A stretch of 64,000 bases of DNA from Monocercomonoides exilis PA203 (GCA_001643675.2 LSRY02000005.1:1488001-1552000), one strand, 5' to 3'; positions 1 to 14,450 are shown, numbered from the stretch's first letter. Made by a program: numbers and translations. Notes: generated from the letters alone by a model not told the origin.

Positions 1-3000
1 TGCTTCATTTGATTTGATTTTTTCTTTTTCTTCTGTTTTTGCAACTGGATCAGGATTTGGAACAGGTTCATTGCTTGCTTTCGCTTCTTTTTCATTTCCT
101 TTCTCATTTCCATTCACCTTCTCCTTTTCTCCCTCTTCTTTCTTCTCTTCCTTTTCTTTTTCCTTTGTTTTTTCCTTTTCCTTCTTCTTTTTCTCTTCTT
201 CTTCTTCTTCCTTCATCAGAACAGGTGCCATCTCATCCTCAATATCAAATGCAGTTGATGTCCAATGCTTGACTGCATCAACCGCCTTCAGCTTTGACAA
301 ACAATGAGGCGCTGTCCAAAGAATCGTCAAATGCATCTCCTTTAGCAAAGGCGTGCATTTCTCATCTGCTTCATCTGCTTCTTCTTCTCCTTCTCCTTCC
401 CCAAATGCTCCTTCTTCTTTTTCTTCTTCGCTTTTGAATGTAATCGTCGTTCCCTTGATGTCCACACTCATCCTCTTTCTCCTTTTCTCCTTTGGAAACC
501 GAACTTCCCTCTGCTTCCTTCTCATCTCTGCCCTCCCAACAAGCACTCGATACGGCACCAGCGCACGCGGTGGAAGCGGAAGTGAAGCCAGCCACGAATC
601 ATCATTAGAAGCATCATTATCCGCATCATCATTAGAAGAAGAAGCAGATGACGATGACGATGACGATGTTGTTGTTGTTGTTGTTTTTGTTTGAGTATCT
701 GAAAATGCATTGCTCACATTCCCACGCACACTTGCAATGGAAGGAAAGTCATTGAGTGATATTGAAAAGATCTGTTGATCTTCATTTGCTTCTTTTGTTT
801 CTTTCTCTTCTTTCTCATTTCCCCCTTCTTTCTCCTCTTTTCCCATTTCTTCATCTTTGTCTCTCTTTGCCTGGTGCTTCCATCGCACAACAGGATTCGA
901 GTGATGAAACGGAGGCTCCGTCGCTGCCCACCAGGGGCGCTGCAGAGAAGGCACGAAAAAGAGAGGATGAGTGCTGAACAGCTTGTCACAGAAAGGAACA
1001 TAACAGTTGTTCTCCCCCAAAAGTGGCTCTAAAACACGAGAAGAGGAAGAAGAAGGCGAAGAAGTCATTTCTTGTTGTTTTGCGTCTTTCACTTCGTCTT
1101 TCATTGCATCATTCTCATTGCCCATCCAATCGCCTCTTTCCTTCCTCCTCACATCCTCTCTCTCTTCCACCCACTTCTTGTACACTTCTCCATCAAGCAC
1201 TGTCTTCACCCGGTCCCAAATTTTCTCTTGGATTTCTCTGTATGTGGACTCTGCACTCACACGCAGCAGAAACGGGTAGAAGTTCCGATGCTCCGCCAGC
1301 TGCCCTTCGCTTGGCCCGGCTGTTGTGAATGTGCCTGAATATACTTTTAGAAACACAGAAGAAGGAGAAGGAGAAGGAGAAGAAGGAGATGATGATGAAG
1401 ACTCTTCATTCTTCTCATTCTTCTCAGCTTCTTTCACAGCCTCCTCAAACTCTGAGGGAGTATATAAAAATGTGTCGTCTTCGTTCAGTCTGTCTATTTC
1501 CTCGTCTGTGATTGCCTCGCCTGTCTCATAGACAATCACGAATTTTTTGGACTCCTTGTCGAATATGTGAGATGGATGGAGCACTTGCGTGATCATTGAG
1601 TCATGACAGCGCACACAGATGAGATGAGAAGGGTCGATTGGAGAAAAGGAAGAAGATGAAGAAGAAGAAGGAGATGATGATGATGATGAAGCAGAAGCAT
1701 CAGCATCAGAAGAAGGAGTGTTTGTGATGTGTTCTGATACAACTTTTAAGAGATCAGCCACAGACGAGTCGAATGGAAGGAAAAACTCAAAGAAAACTGG
1801 GCGGAGATGAGCAGGCTGAGGATATTTGGCATATTCAGCTGTGGAACACTCGTATGAAGTGCTTGACAGCTGCTTTGTGGGTGCTTTGCTGTGTGCAGAT
1901 GGCAAAGTGGATGAGGATGAGGATGAAGAAGAAGAAGAGGATGAAGATGATTCTGTTGCAGAAGAAGCAGAATCTGAAGGCTTTTCATCAGAAGTTTCTT
2001 CCATATTTTTCTCGTTGTTCTTTTCATCTTCAATGTGCCTTTCAATAATTCGTGTGTTTGAAAGATCAAATGGAAGTATTTTCCCCACTTTTCTAATCTT
2101 CGGCCAATCTTTTGTTATTCTCTTGCATTCCTCTTCTCCCTCATCTTTCTCTTTCTCTTTCTCTTTCTCTTTCTCCTTTTCTCCACAATCCGCCTGAGGC
2201 ATCCCTTTCTCCTCTGCATCACAATGTGCGTGATGAGGACAAGGCACAAACAAAACCTTGAAATGCAGCGCCGTTCCGCCTGTTTTGTCTTCTCCCCAGT
2301 CTGAGGCAGAAAAACCAGATGTCTCCGGCAAGGGGACGAACTGGGATGCAGGCAGCGGGAGAGAGAGGATTGAGATTGGGTCGAATGTGACAGAGTGCTT
2401 CTGGCAGTCAGGGCAGTCCACTGTTGATTTGAGCTGCCCTTCAAACAGATCGACTACAGCAGACTGGTTGCGCAGCTTGTGCTTTGCCCACTCAGCCTTC
2501 GCGGCGGAAGGGTCGGACGCATCAACCTCGCTGAACGGCACAATCGGCTTGTCTGTGACACGGTTAAGATCTTCGTGCTAAGTTCATTAGGGAGTTATTT
2601 ATCAATTGAAGTTGCAAAATTCAGAGAATAAATGCGAAATAATGAAAAAAATGAATTCAAAAAATGATGAATGAATCTATCAAATGACATAGAATTTAAA
2701 GAAAAATGCTTTTTGGATTTCAGATGTTATTATTATTATTTCAATTATTTTTCCGAAAGAATTTTTTCAACAATTCATACAAGTTGATCAAGAAGCCATG
2801 TAAGAAATTCTTGAGAATCTTGTTGCTCCATTCCTGCGAATTGCTCATTAAAATGGCCAATTACCATTTTCAACTCTTTTGGAGTAAACCACTTGAAATT
2901 GCCTCTCCACATTTGATTTATGAACTTTGCAAACGAAACTGCAATTTTTCCTTCGTGTCCAAGCACATTTTTAAGATTAATGTCCTTTAAATAATTGAAT

Positions 3001-3347
3001 GAAATAAAATGATGTGTAAAAAGCAAAGATGATGAAAGACATTGAAGAGAAGAATTCATGTAGCATGTATTCCCTTGATTCCAAAGACCAACAATTCCTG
3101 GAAACTGTGGGCATTCGCTGCTCCGTGATTTTGACGAGTAGATTGATTCAAAATCCTGAGGGAATGATGAAACTTTATAAGGTGAATATGAGGTGTTAAC
3201 ATCTTCCGTTGAACCTGATGAAGCATATGGAGAGCCATAAAGCTTGTCATACGAAGCCATAGGATCCGGAATATAAACAAAATCACTGCTACTTTTTCTA
3301 CCGACTGTTAATGGATCATTATCGCAGGACGTGAATGAAGTCGTCAT
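1..3347 (-). CDS. Ubiquitin carboxyl-terminal hydrolase (USP, peptidase C19), USP4/8/11/15-like; exon 1 3347-2781, intron 2780-2578, exon 2 2577 to beyond the window start (3' partial)
   Basis: Cys box GLWNQGNTCYMNSSLQCL and QQDSQEFLTWLLDQL in exon 1. Splicing GTATGA...CTAATGAACTTAG joins it in frame to HEDLNRV...LRNQSAVVDLFEGQLKSTVDCPDCQKHSVTFDPISILSLPLP. The frame appears to stay open to base 1 with S/E-rich inserts. The His box lies outside the window. Confidence 0.92.
2578..2780 (-). other. Spliceosomal intron (203 nt, phase 0) of the USP gene
   Basis: GTATGA donor, CTAAT branch-like motif close to the TAG acceptor; removal restores the conserved L-HEDLNRV motif. Confidence 0.9.
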
Positions 3348-4031
3348 TACAGTTTTCAACAATCAAGTGAAAATGAAAAATTCACTTATTTTAAAAATTT
3401 AATGGAATTAGATGCAAAATAAAAATTAAAATTAAAAATATAAAATTATAACGATAAATAATGTTCGAAAAAATTAGTCAAACATTGAAGAAGGAACAAA
3501 GAAATATGAAAAAACAATAATAAGGAATAACTGATCAGTTCATGTTGAGTTCAATGATGAAAATCAAAATCAATCAATGAAATTTATATAAACATTAACG
3601 ATTCATAATAAAGATGAAACAACAACAACGAGTTTTTGTTATTTCCTTCAATTTTTTTCTATTTCGATGAATATTCATATGCAATTTTTTCATTTGGAAA
3701 TGATTTCATTCTTTTGAACATATGTTTTCATTGATTTCTCTCTTTAAATTTGTTCTTGAAAAAATTATTTTCAACGTTTTGAATCAATTTAAAAAGAAAT
3801 ATTTTTTATGAAACTCTGACAAAAGTCAATTCTAAGCTCATTTAAGTTTGAATTATTCATTTCCCTTGAAAAAAGATTATTTTATCATAAATTTAAACAG
3901 AAAACATCAATGTCAAAAAAACCCAAAACCAACTAGAAAATTAATTTAGTAAGGGAATGTTTTATTTCGGATTATCAAAACGTGTTCATATCAACAGAAT
4001 TAGAAAGTTTTAGAATTAAACATAAATTTAA

Positions 4032-5387
4032 ATGCGTGAAGTTATTTCGATCCACCTTGGTCAGGCAGGTATCCAAACTGGTAATGCTTGCTGGGAATTG
4101 TACTGCTTGGAGCACGGAATTCAGCCCGATGGACAGATGCCATCAGACAAAACCATCGGAGGAGGAGATGATGCATTCAATACATTCTTCTCTGAGACTG
4201 GTGCAGGCAAACACGTTCCTCGTGCAGTGTTCATCGATCTCGAACCAACTGTTGCTGATGAAGTGAGATCAGGAACATACAGAGAGTTGTTCCACCCAGA
4301 ACAGATCATCTCTGGAAAAGAGGATGCAGCCAACAACTACGCTCGTGGACATTACACAATTGGTAAGGAAATTGTTGACTTGTGCCTCGACAGAATCCGT
4401 AAACTTGCTGACCAGTGCACAGGTCTTCAGGGATTCTTGGTGTTCAGCTCAGTTGGTGGAGGAACTGGTGCTGGTTTGGGATCACTGTTACTTGAACGTC
4501 TATCAGTCGATTATGGCCGCAAGTCGAAGTTGACTTTTACAATTTATCCCAGTCCTCAAATCTCCAACGCATGTGTTGAACCATACAATGCAGTTCTTTC
4601 AACTCATTCACTTTTGAACCATACAGAAGTGTGCGTCATGCTCGACAACGAAGCCATTTATGATATCTGCCGTCGTTCCCTCGATATCGAGCGTCCAACA
4701 TACACCAACTTGAACAGATTGATCGCCCAGGTCATCTCGTCATTGACTGCATCACTCCGTTTCGATGGTGCTTTGAATGTTGATTTGTGCGAATTTCAGA
4801 CAAATTTGGTGCCATATCCACGCATTCACTTTATGCTTTCATCATACGCTCCTGTTGTTACTCCAGAAAAGGCATATCATGAGAACTTGTCTGTTGCAGA
4901 AATTACGAACTCTGCATTTGAACCAGCAAATATGATGGCTAAGTGCGATCCAAGACATGGAAAATACATGGCTTGCTGCATGATGTATCGTGGAGATGTT
5001 GTTCCAAAGGATGTCAACGCAGCTGTTGCAACCATCAAAACAAAGAGAACAATTCAATTTGTCGACTGGTGCCCAACTGGATTTAAATGCGGAATTAATT
5101 ATCAGCCACCAACAGTTGTTCCAGGAGGAGATTTGGCTAAAGTCCAAAGAGCTGTTTGCATGATCTCCAACTCAACAGCCATTGCTGAGGTGTTCTCAAG
5201 AATCGATCACAAATTTGATCTTATGTACGCCAAGAGAGCCTTTGTCCACTGGTACGTCGGAGAAGGTATGGAAGAAGGAGAATTCTCAGAAGCAAGAGAA
5301 GATCTTGCTGCTCTTGAGAAAGATTACGAAGAAGTTGGTGCTGAATCAGGTGAAGATGAGGAAGAACAAGAAGGTCAGGAATATTAG
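4032..5387 (+). CDS. TUBA: Alpha-tubulin (intronless, 451 aa)
   Basis: [13 protein letters not shown] start, K40 in [20 protein letters not shown] signature, acidic tail ending in EY. Confidence 0.99.
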   Translation: MREVISIHLGQAGIQTGNACWELYCLEHGIQPDGQMPSDKTIGGGDDAFNTFFSETGAGKHVPRAVFIDLEPTVADEVRSGTYRELFHPEQIISGKEDAANNYARGHYTIGKEIVDLCLDRIRKLADQCTGLQGFLVFSSVGGGTGAGLGSLLLERLSVDYGRKSKLTFTIYPSPQISNACVEPYNAVLSTHSLLNHTEVCVMLDNEAIYDICRRSLDIERPTYTNLNRLIAQVISSLTASLRFDGALNVDLCEFQTNLVPYPRIHFMLSSYAPVVTPEKAYHENLSVAEITNSAFEPANMMAKCDPRHGKYMACCMMYRGDVVPKDVNAAVATIKTKRTIQFVDWCPTGFKCGINYQPPTVVPGGDLAKVQRAVCMISNSTAIAEVFSRIDHKFDLMYAKRAFVHWYVGEGMEEGEFSEAREDLAALEKDYEEVGAESGEDEEEQEGQEY

Positions 5388-6347
5388 TTTTTTAAAAAAT
5401 TTATTTGCTTTTAAAGGATAATACAAATATTATGAGTTCAAAATAAAAACTAATTTTGTGGATTTTGTATTTTTGATTTTGTATGAAATTTCTTTTTTGA
5501 TTTTATTTTATATGTTGCTGAGATTTGGAAGCTGGATATTTTTTTTTTAATTTTATTTTGTGCAATTGAGGCGCACAGCATATTCTTCGTTAGATATTTG
5601 AATGTTGATGCAATTCTAGCTTCAAGAACAACAGATGAGATGTATGCAATACTTTCACACTCAAAGTCGAGGCGTTTATCTCTGGAAGTCATAGAGCATG
5701 AATGCCTTGTTGACTGCTGAAGGATATTGCATTGTCAATTAATTTTCTGCTCTTTGCTTTTGTTTGCATCTTCTTTAATATCGATGCTTTGCTTTCTATT
5801 TTTTTTGGTTATTTATATACATATTTCTTTTCCACCTATTTTTATCTTTTGTTTTTGTGAAAACTCAATGTCAAACATTGGTAATTTTTTTTAAAATTTA
5901 TTCGAAATATGAAAAATGCAACTGTTCGTTGATCTTTGCAACGTAAAGTCTTCAATCACACATTTTCATGAAATGAAGAGTTGCAAAAAATTATTATTTC
6001 AATTCATTTGACTTTTTGTTTGCAAAGAAAGAAATCTAAATTCTTTTCTTCATCATATTTTCTAATGAATATTTATTTTTTCAAAAAACTTCATTTGTAG
6101 AATGCAAGAATATTCTTTTCATATTTTTCCATGTTAACATTCGTGAATTGGATGTTAGAATGAACTTTTGGATTATTAATTTATAGAATGGGCACAAAAT
6201 ACCGGACAAGAACGATTTCTCAATAATAACCTTGTGAATAATTCGGACAATTTTCCTTTTAATATATCTTATCCATTCAAACTCGTTTGAACGTCCAAAC
6301 TGGACCTGTGCGGCACGATTTCCCATTTATTGTTGCTGTCGTTCATC

Positions 6348-6348
6348 G

Positions 6349-6402
<54 letters not shown>

Positions 6403-6430
6403 AATAAATAAATAAATAAATAAATAAATC

Positions 6431-6463
<33 letters not shown>

Positions 6464-6473
6464 GAAAAAAAAA
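6348..6473 (+). repeat. Poly(A) followed by (AAAT)n and (AAAAG)n
   Basis: Direct reading of the sequence. Confidence 0.95.
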
Positions 6474-6474
6474 T

Positions 6475-6661
6475 GGTACCGATAAATAACTGACACTATT
6501 AACATATTTTCTCTCGAAAAGGAAAAAGATTATCAAAGATATCTTCATCTTTATTTATGCTAAAATATTTGTTATTGAAACAGTTGTGGTTATTTTTGCA
6601 TTTGGTTTCACAAACTCTTCCCGTCAACAAACAACTTTCGAAAAAACAGCACTCCGAAAAA
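6475..6661 (+). repeat. Dispersed ~186-bp repeat, copy A; reverse complement of 41008-41194
   Basis: GGTACCGATAAATAACTGACAC...CAGCACTCCGAAAAA matches 41008-41194 on the opposite strand with no mismatch seen. Confidence 0.93.
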
Positions 6662-7541
6662 TGAAATGATCACATAAATTATAACTCAGTTCTTAATGAA
6701 ATAAAGATTTATTTCACCATTAAAAAAAAGCTTAAAAGTTCGAATTATCTCCATATGAGTGATCATTTTTCAAATCATCTTAATTCCATCAACAATTTCA
6801 GATTTAGTATTCTCGCTCAATAAATGGAAAAGAACACTTGGAAAATGTTTCAAAATTTTCACGAGCATTTGACTTTCTTTATTCTTGAAAATTAACTTTT
6901 TAACAATTTGCAACGGGTTAATCTTTTCTTTTCAAATTTTCTTGTTTAAACATAAAAGCTTTTTTATTATCAACATCCCGGAAAAAGAAATAATTTCTTA
7001 AATAGTTACACAGATCAACCATTATTGATTCATTTTTTTATTGAAATTCTTTCTCTTTTCATTCATGTTAAATGTTGGCAACATGTCCAAAATTTTTTTG
7101 AAAACTTCCTTATGTTTAATAATCAAATGTAATAAAAATCTCTTTATTTCATCAAATTTCTGTTCCCACTCATGAAATTTCAAAAAAATTGAAACAAAAT
7201 CTTGGCAATGTTATTATTTCCTTTTTTGTGAAGTTTCTTGAGTGAGAACCGAAAGTTGATCGAAATTTGAAAATTTTATTTTATTTGAAAATTTAACAAA
7301 AGGAACTTTTCAAAAAAAAATTTGACACATTAATTCTTTAATTATGATAGTTGTTTCAATTTTTCAAATTGGTCTATTTTTTGCTGGAAATGCCTTTTGT
7401 ATAATCAACTATTAATGTGTCTTTATTCAAAATAGTTTTGACAGGATTCATTCCAAAATTTGATTAACAGATAATTTCATCCTTCTTGTCTCGAAACACT
7501 TCAAAAACAAAAGTTTCATTAATTCGTTCCTTCTTCGACGC

Positions 7542-8745
7542 ATGAAAAATGAGAAAAGTGAAAATACCTTCAAACGTTCGAATTGCAAAGGCACTCAACT
7601 GTTAACAGATTCCAATTTGTCACATTCGAACCGGATTCAAAAGAGAAAGTGTTGTTGAGAAAAAGAACATGTTGATGACTCGAAAGCAAGAAAAACGAGT
7701 CATGGAAATACTGAAAATTTTGAGAGATAAAAGAAAACAAATCACACAGAAAACGCTAAGAGCCGTTGTTGCAAAAGTTTGTCACAAAACTCCTTCTCAC
7801 AATTTTCATTCTTCATTCATAAAAAGGCACAGCGAGGAATTGATGGTCGTCTCATCAAGCGTGAGAGACGAAAATTGAAAGAAAATATAAAAACAAAGCA
7901 TTATCACTCGGAAATATCATTTTATTTAATATGTGTGTGGAAAATATTCATCTTTGATCTTCTTTGCTGATAAATCAGGTTATTATGCACATGAAAATAC
8001 AAGAAAGATGAATCTGATCATCAGAACAAAAAGAAAATCGTGAAATAAATCGCACTCTTGTTGACAGAGGAGAAAAAATGTAATCATCGCTCCACTGCAT
8101 TTCACTTGATAGAACTTTTGTTCCTCCTTGTTTTCTGGTGCAAAAACCATTCAACGTTAGACACCTTCATTGTCTAGGTTATCAAACCGGAATTCATGGT
8201 TGTGTGGAAATCAGAAATTCTTCATATTTCACAAAGGAGTTGTTTGAAAACTGGATTGAGAAAGTTTTCATTCCTTATGTCAGCATTAAAAGAATTATTT
8301 TGCCAGGCAAACATGCACAAGCAGTGTTGATGCTTGATGGCTTCCGAATTCACCTGTCAGATAATATCTTCTTTTAACTTTCAAAGGATAATATTTTGCT
8401 TTTGGTTTTGCCTCCGAATACAACACACTTGCTGCAGTCATTGGATTTATTAATTTTGTCACTATGGAAGCTTCAAATTCAACAGGTTAGATCGGGTTCA
8501 ACGCACGATAGTATCTAACAACTTTTGTGAGTAGGAATGAACGCAATATTGCAAGTTTCTTCATCAATCAACATTTTTTCTGAATTCAAAGAAAGTGAAC
8601 TTGTGAATGATTTTCACAGAGCTCCTTCAACAGTCCAGATCTTTGAAGAAAGCTTCAAAAATGCGATCTAAATTGTGAAATTGGACAACAAATCATTGCC
8701 GCTTTCTTGTTCCAGAAAAACAAGACAAACAAAAGGAAGTTTATG
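7542..8745 (+). pseudogene. Decayed pogo/Tigger/Fot1-like (DDE_1) transposase
   Basis: FADKSGY, LFENWIEKVFIPYV, VLMLDGFRIH and LVLPPNTTHLLQSLD motifs, broken by stops and frameshifts. Confidence 0.85.
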
Positions 8746-9779
8746 ATCAATTATGAACATTTTAAGAATTCCAGTTAATGCAAGATTTCCATAATAAATC
8801 ACATGTGGAAAACAATTATTATATCATCTGGTATCTTTTTATTTGTTAGAAATCTCTTATTTCAAAAAATCACGATTGAAGAAACAAGATATTCATAAAA
8901 TTTTTGTTTCTTTTTACTTAAATACAGTACAAATCGGATATAATCTCATCCGGTTTTTAACATCGTTTTAGAGCTATATCCAATTGTGATCATATGCGAT
9001 ATGACTTAACACAGAAAAAAAAATAAATTAATTAATTTTTGGTCAACTAATTTGTTTTTTTTAAAATTCTTCACAAATACACTTTTTTTGATTATAATTA
9101 AAATATTTATCTTTCATTCACATTATTTAGACTTATTTTAAACATTATTTTGAAAAAACAAAAAATTGAGATTTTTGATCAAAAAACCTATCTTATATTG
9201 AAAAATGAACACATAATGAAACATAATGTGATAATCTATATTTAGCTCTGTGACAATATGCTGTCGGAAATGAATGAAAAAAAGGAAAAATGTCGGTGCT
9301 TCGAAAAATGTGACTGCAAACGATGTTGATAATATTCGATGTGATTTTAAACAGTCGAGATTGTATTTGAAATAAAATTTTGAATAAACAAGAAAAATGA
9401 ATGAATAATTATACGGTGAAGTACTGTTATGATCACCTTGGTTGTAATCAAGACCGCGAATAATCACATATTTTGAAGAATTATGTACAATTTTCTGTTT
9501 GTTTTGTCGATTCATATAAAAATGAAAGTTGAAATTTTCTGCTTTTCAAAGAACAAATATTAACATTAATCATCAAAAATATAAAAAATATATAGTTAGT
9601 GTTAATAATGGTGGACACTTTCAATAACCGTGGACAATGATTATTATTGTGGGTTTGGCTTTTTTTTGGTTTTATGCAGTTTCAAAAATTATCAGTTATT
9701 GCAATGAAAAAAGTTTTTTTTAAATAATTTGATGTTCAAAATTAGATAATTTGAAATATGACAAAAAATTCAAACATAA

Positions 9780-11750
9780 TGGGAATAATAATTAGGAAAA
9801 AAGGGTCTGATCAACGATGATAGGCGATTATTGAGAACGATTCATGAATGAGAACTTCTGAGTCGTCAAAAGGAATTTTTGAAAAGCCAAAGATGATGAA
9901 TTACAAAATAATTGGATGGTTGGATTGCTGAAAACGTGGAGACTCTTTCGAAAGCGTTAAAGAAAAAACGAATCAAAATCGTCCGTAACAAGGACTTATT
10001 CTTCACGAGAAAAAGAGTTGATCAATCAAATTTGAAGTATATTTTGATGAGACAAAAACATCACAAAAAATCCAAATCAATAAAAGATGAAATGAGGAGA
10101 ATGGGAAAGATTGAAAGAAACAGAAGAAAGATCAAATACAACGAACAAAAATGTTTTATTCATACTTTTGATGGCTCTAACAAGCTAAGAAAAAAAGAAA
10201 GGCTTACGAATACACATGTGAGAATAGTTGCAGATATGAAAGCCAATGCCTATTTCAGACAAACGATTTCACCACAATATTTTACAAACCAAACAGAAAC
10301 AGAGACAGATGATAACGATTGTGAACATCAATTTGGAATTGATAGGCAATGACGAGACAGAAAATTGTGAAAGTGATGATGATCTTGATCAGAAGGATAA
10401 TGAAAAAAGCAATTCCGAGCCCAGTGATGAATGCAAATGCACCGTATTTCACACAAGAACCATTCGAATTCAAAAATACTCCAATATCAATCAAAATGAT
10501 CTTGAATCATCTGAGGATGACATTTGATAAATGAAAGTTGTGAGAGAAAACTTTAACGACAATAAATCATGTTCATTTGATATTTGTGACTGGCAACAAA
10601 CTGAATGGACAAACATCGAAGTTATGTTCATGAACAGAAATCTATATCATCCAGAGTTCACAAAACAGTTATTAATAGAAATAAGTGTTAGTGTGCTCTT
10701 CAAAGTATTGTTTAATAATTATAATAAATTTACACCTTTTTCTTCAAGAGTTTCTTCTCCTTTTCTCAATTTTCCCATATAAATATTTGATTCACATTGT
10801 CACAGATGCTTCTGACAGTTCAATAAAGCGCAAAAGGAAGACCAAAAAACCAGATAAAAAACGATTGAAAATGAAAACATTTCACACGGATCAATATAGG
10901 AAATGTCAAGAACAAGTCTGGAAAACGTAAATTGAAGAAAATTTGTTGTTGCATTGAATGTTTGTCAAGATCACAAAATATATTCAGTGAATGAATTTCA
11001 ACTTTCAATTATATTTATTTTTCAAATTATTTAATACGAATCACATTTGACAATATTTGTGACAATAACTGAATGATTGAACAATACAGATGATGAAAAA
11101 AAATGTTGAGATTAGTATGTCAATAACATGTCGAAGAAGAGAATTATTATGTTGTTGATGATTTGAAGAATAAACTGATGAAATAGAAGATTACACAAAA
11201 GAACATTATGAAAAAGAAAAAGCATGCTCAATTAACACCAAAGAATAGCTTTTAACTGAAGATGGAAAAAAAATAATAAGAGAAGTCTATGCTGCCATGC
11301 AAAAAGACCCGAAGATCAAGGTGAAATGATTATTTATGTAAAAAATAGGAATTTGGAGCTCCGGAAAATGAAGATTGGAAACTTCAGATAAAAGTGAAAC
11401 TTACCAAGAGAGATAAAAAATTGTATGAAAAAAGCTGAAGAATACTGGAAGATAAAAAGATAGTTGTTAATTGGAAAAGGAAGCAGTTAGAAAAGTCAAA
11501 ATGATGATGGCATCTGCTTTAGATTGAATTATCAATTGGAAAAACTTGAAGAAATGAAAAAAAAAAGAATTTTGTTGTTTGTTCAATGTGAAAAGCGATT
11601 TCAAAGAAAATAGCAAAGTTGCAGGAGAAGAAGAAGCAAATTGCTAACTTGAAATAAAAGGAGATTGGATAGAAAATAACAAAGATGAAGTTGAGTATTA
11701 AGAAATCTTATTGATAGAATCTTCAATCTTCTTTTAACAATTGCTTTCAT
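9780..11750 (+). pseudogene. Decayed ORF relics in the left arm of the TIR element, product unassigned
   Basis: Chain of frameshifted K/E-rich ORF pieces (9912-10352, 10246-10527, 10531-10782 and later). No recognisable catalytic motif. Confidence 0.35.
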
Positions 11751-11755
11751 AATTA

Positions 11756-14450
11756 TCACTTAACTTTTCTTTTTCTTTTTCTTTTTCTTCCCCATTCCCT
11801 TTCTCTTCCACTTCCTCCATTTTCTTCTTCTTCTTCTTCTCTTAATGGATTCACTGTTGTCGCTGCCGCTACTTGTATTCGACTCAAGAACAGTTCCAAT
11901 GCTGCTGAAATGGAAGAAGAAGAAGAAGAAGATAATTTGAAGATACTAAACATTGAGAACAGGAGGAGACGTTTATTTGAAAAAAGATGATTTTATGAAA
12001 GAAAAAGAATTGAAAAACGGAAAATGAGGAAATTAGAAAACGAGAAAATGAAGAAATAAGAAAGAAGAAAAATGAAAAAATGAAAAAGAAAAAAGAAAAA
12101 AAGAAAGAAGATAGAAGAAGATAGAAGAAGATAGAAGAAGATAGAAGAAGATAGAAGAAGATAGAAGAAGATAGAAGAAGATAGAAGAAGATAGAAGAAG
12201 ATAGAAGAAGATAGAAGAAGATAGAAGAAGATAGAAGAAGATAGAAGAAGATAGAAGAAGATAGAAGAAGATAGAAGAAGATAGAAGAAGATAGAAGAAG
12301 ATAGAAGAAGATAGAAGAAGATAGAAGAAGATAGAAGAAGATAGAAGAAGATAGAAGAAGATAGAAGAAGATAGAAGAAGATAAAAGAAGATAAAAGAAG
12401 ATAGAAGAAGATAGAAGAAGATAGAAGAAGAAGAAGCAGAAGAAGAATCATCCAAAATAGAAGAATTAAAGCCCTCACCCACACACACGCCAGTGTGGAG
12501 CAGCGAGTTTGTCGAGTTAGAGCTCCACAGACGAGTCAAAGTTCCATTCCCAGTTGCAGTTCCATTTGCAGATGCATTTGCAGTGGCTGCTGTGTTTGTG
12601 CCTTCTGGAATAACACCGACATCAACATCAATGCCAGTGCTAATGCCAGGCTGAGGAGAGAAAGATAGAGGGATATCATAAACTGTGCGCAAGCGGGAGC
12701 GGTTCAGGCTTATGTTCGCACTCAGATAAAAGCAATTATCTAAGGTTGTATCTCTTTCTCTTTCTCTTTCTCTCTCTTTTTCTTTGGTTAATTCCTTTTT
12801 CACTTCATCATTCTTCTCTGTAATAGTATCAGTTAGTGCATTGTCTGTGAAAGCATCAGTGATGGTAGCTGTGTCTGAACTGACAGTTAATGCTCCCTGT
12901 GTCTGCCTCGCCACTCCACTTAGCCCTATTAGCCCAGCAGTACCTGCAAGCGACGGGTAGAAGGAAGAGGCATCTGAATTCACCAAATGTATTGAATGCA
13001 CCGAATGCACCGAATTCAGAGAAGATGCCAGTGTGTTTGAGGAAGATGAGGACAACGGATGAGGCAGAGAAGCGCTCAGAGAAAGAGACAGGGAGGAAGG
13101 CGCGATATGGCCGGAAGAGCTGTGCAAGGCTGCAGATGCTGCGTTGCTCTGTTATATGATGCCAAAGGGGATGAAGAGATCGGAGGTTTTGCAAACGGGT
13201 CAGAGAAGACGAGGGAAGGCGGGTTTGGCCCTTTGTCCATTGCGTCCTACAAAGAGAGCAGATCAGTCTTGGTGAATGTGCTGTGGTGTGCAGCAGCCCC
13301 CCTCCCCTGCTTCTCCGAGTCAAACAAGGAGGCAGAGAAAGAGCGGGGCTAAGGGAATGATAGTGAAAGGAACGGGTAGATGAGGTCGGAAGGGCCAACG
13401 GCTGAGGAGTTGGCAGAGAAAGTGCCATTGCTGCTGCTGCCGTGGGTGAAGGCGCTGAGGGAGGAGCAGCGGGGAGAGGAGAAGGAGAAGTGGTCAAAAG
13501 AGTCAGGAAGCGCTCCTTCGGAGAAGTTGTTTTGGGATCCGTCAAGAGGGGAGGAAGAATAAGGGAGCATGGGGTAGAGAGGTGTGTTATTATTATTGTA
13601 ATTATTATTGATACCAATGATACCTTCATTGAGTTAATTGCTGTTGTCCCTGGTGAGTGAGAACAGATCATCAGCCGCCTCTTCCCCGACAGAATATGTC
13701 ACTGACTGATGATTATTCAAATACTCTCTATCTTCATCCTCCTCCTCTTCTTCTTCCAACGAGCTATTCGTTTCAGATCCTCCAATGCTAATCTCTGAGG
13801 CAACAACTGTTGATGTACCAACTCCATTTCATATGCAATTGTCTTTATTATTGCCTATTCCATCTCCTGTGCCTGTGATTGTACCTATTCCAGATAGAGA
13901 CATTGAAAGCGAGCGAGAGCGGGGCTTCGAGCTGTCCATGAGGGAGTGGCCGAAGGAGTGGAAGGAACGGCACAAGGTGTGGCGGGAGGGAGACAAAGAG
14001 AACATATCGTCTTCGTCTATGGTCGGGGAGAGGTGATGATGGGATTTCTGGGTGAGTTTGTACCATTATCATTATCATTGTCATATTGTTATCATTGATT
14101 TCATTGTTATCATCATCGTCATTGTTGTTTTTGTTGTTTGTCTGGCTGAAACAGCACGCACAGCTGAGTCAAAAAAGGAGGAGAAAGAGGAAGAGAAAGG
14201 AAATGAAGAAATAGAAAAAGACGATGAAGATGAGCTAGAAGAGGACGACGACAAAGAAGAAGATAACCCCACAGCAGTATGTCTTCTGACGAATGTGTCC
14301 GAGGCTAGGCGATGAGATTGCACATCAACAGACATTCCACGAGGTGCTTCAAGTGCTGTCTTGATGTCTGTCTGAAATGAGTTCTTCCGGTCAATTCTAC
14401 AGAAAATGGCATATTCTTCTTCTTCTTCTTCTTCTTTTTCTTCTTCTTCT
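11756..14450 (-). pseudogene. Fragment of an unidentified S/T-rich host gene
   Basis: GC-richer, host-like low-complexity coding sequence with in-frame TAG/TAA (e.g. 13349) and a frameshift near 13130; interrupted by a tandem repeat. Confidence 0.55.
12111..12430 (+). repeat. Minisatellite (ATAGAAGAAG)x32
   Basis: 10-bp unit, two variant units (ATAAAAGAAG) at 12381-12400. Confidence 0.97.

Noticed and set aside
5450-5760. Small minus-strand gene downstream of tubulin
   Set aside because: Short frames with no recognisable motif; could not be supported.
8923-9470. TA|CAGTA-like Tigger/pogo TIR starts at ~8923 and ~9411
   Set aside because: No convincing partner TIR or TSD could be aligned by eye.
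11993-12484. Hydrophobic repeat membrane protein ORF
   Set aside because: Translation of the 10-bp minisatellite.
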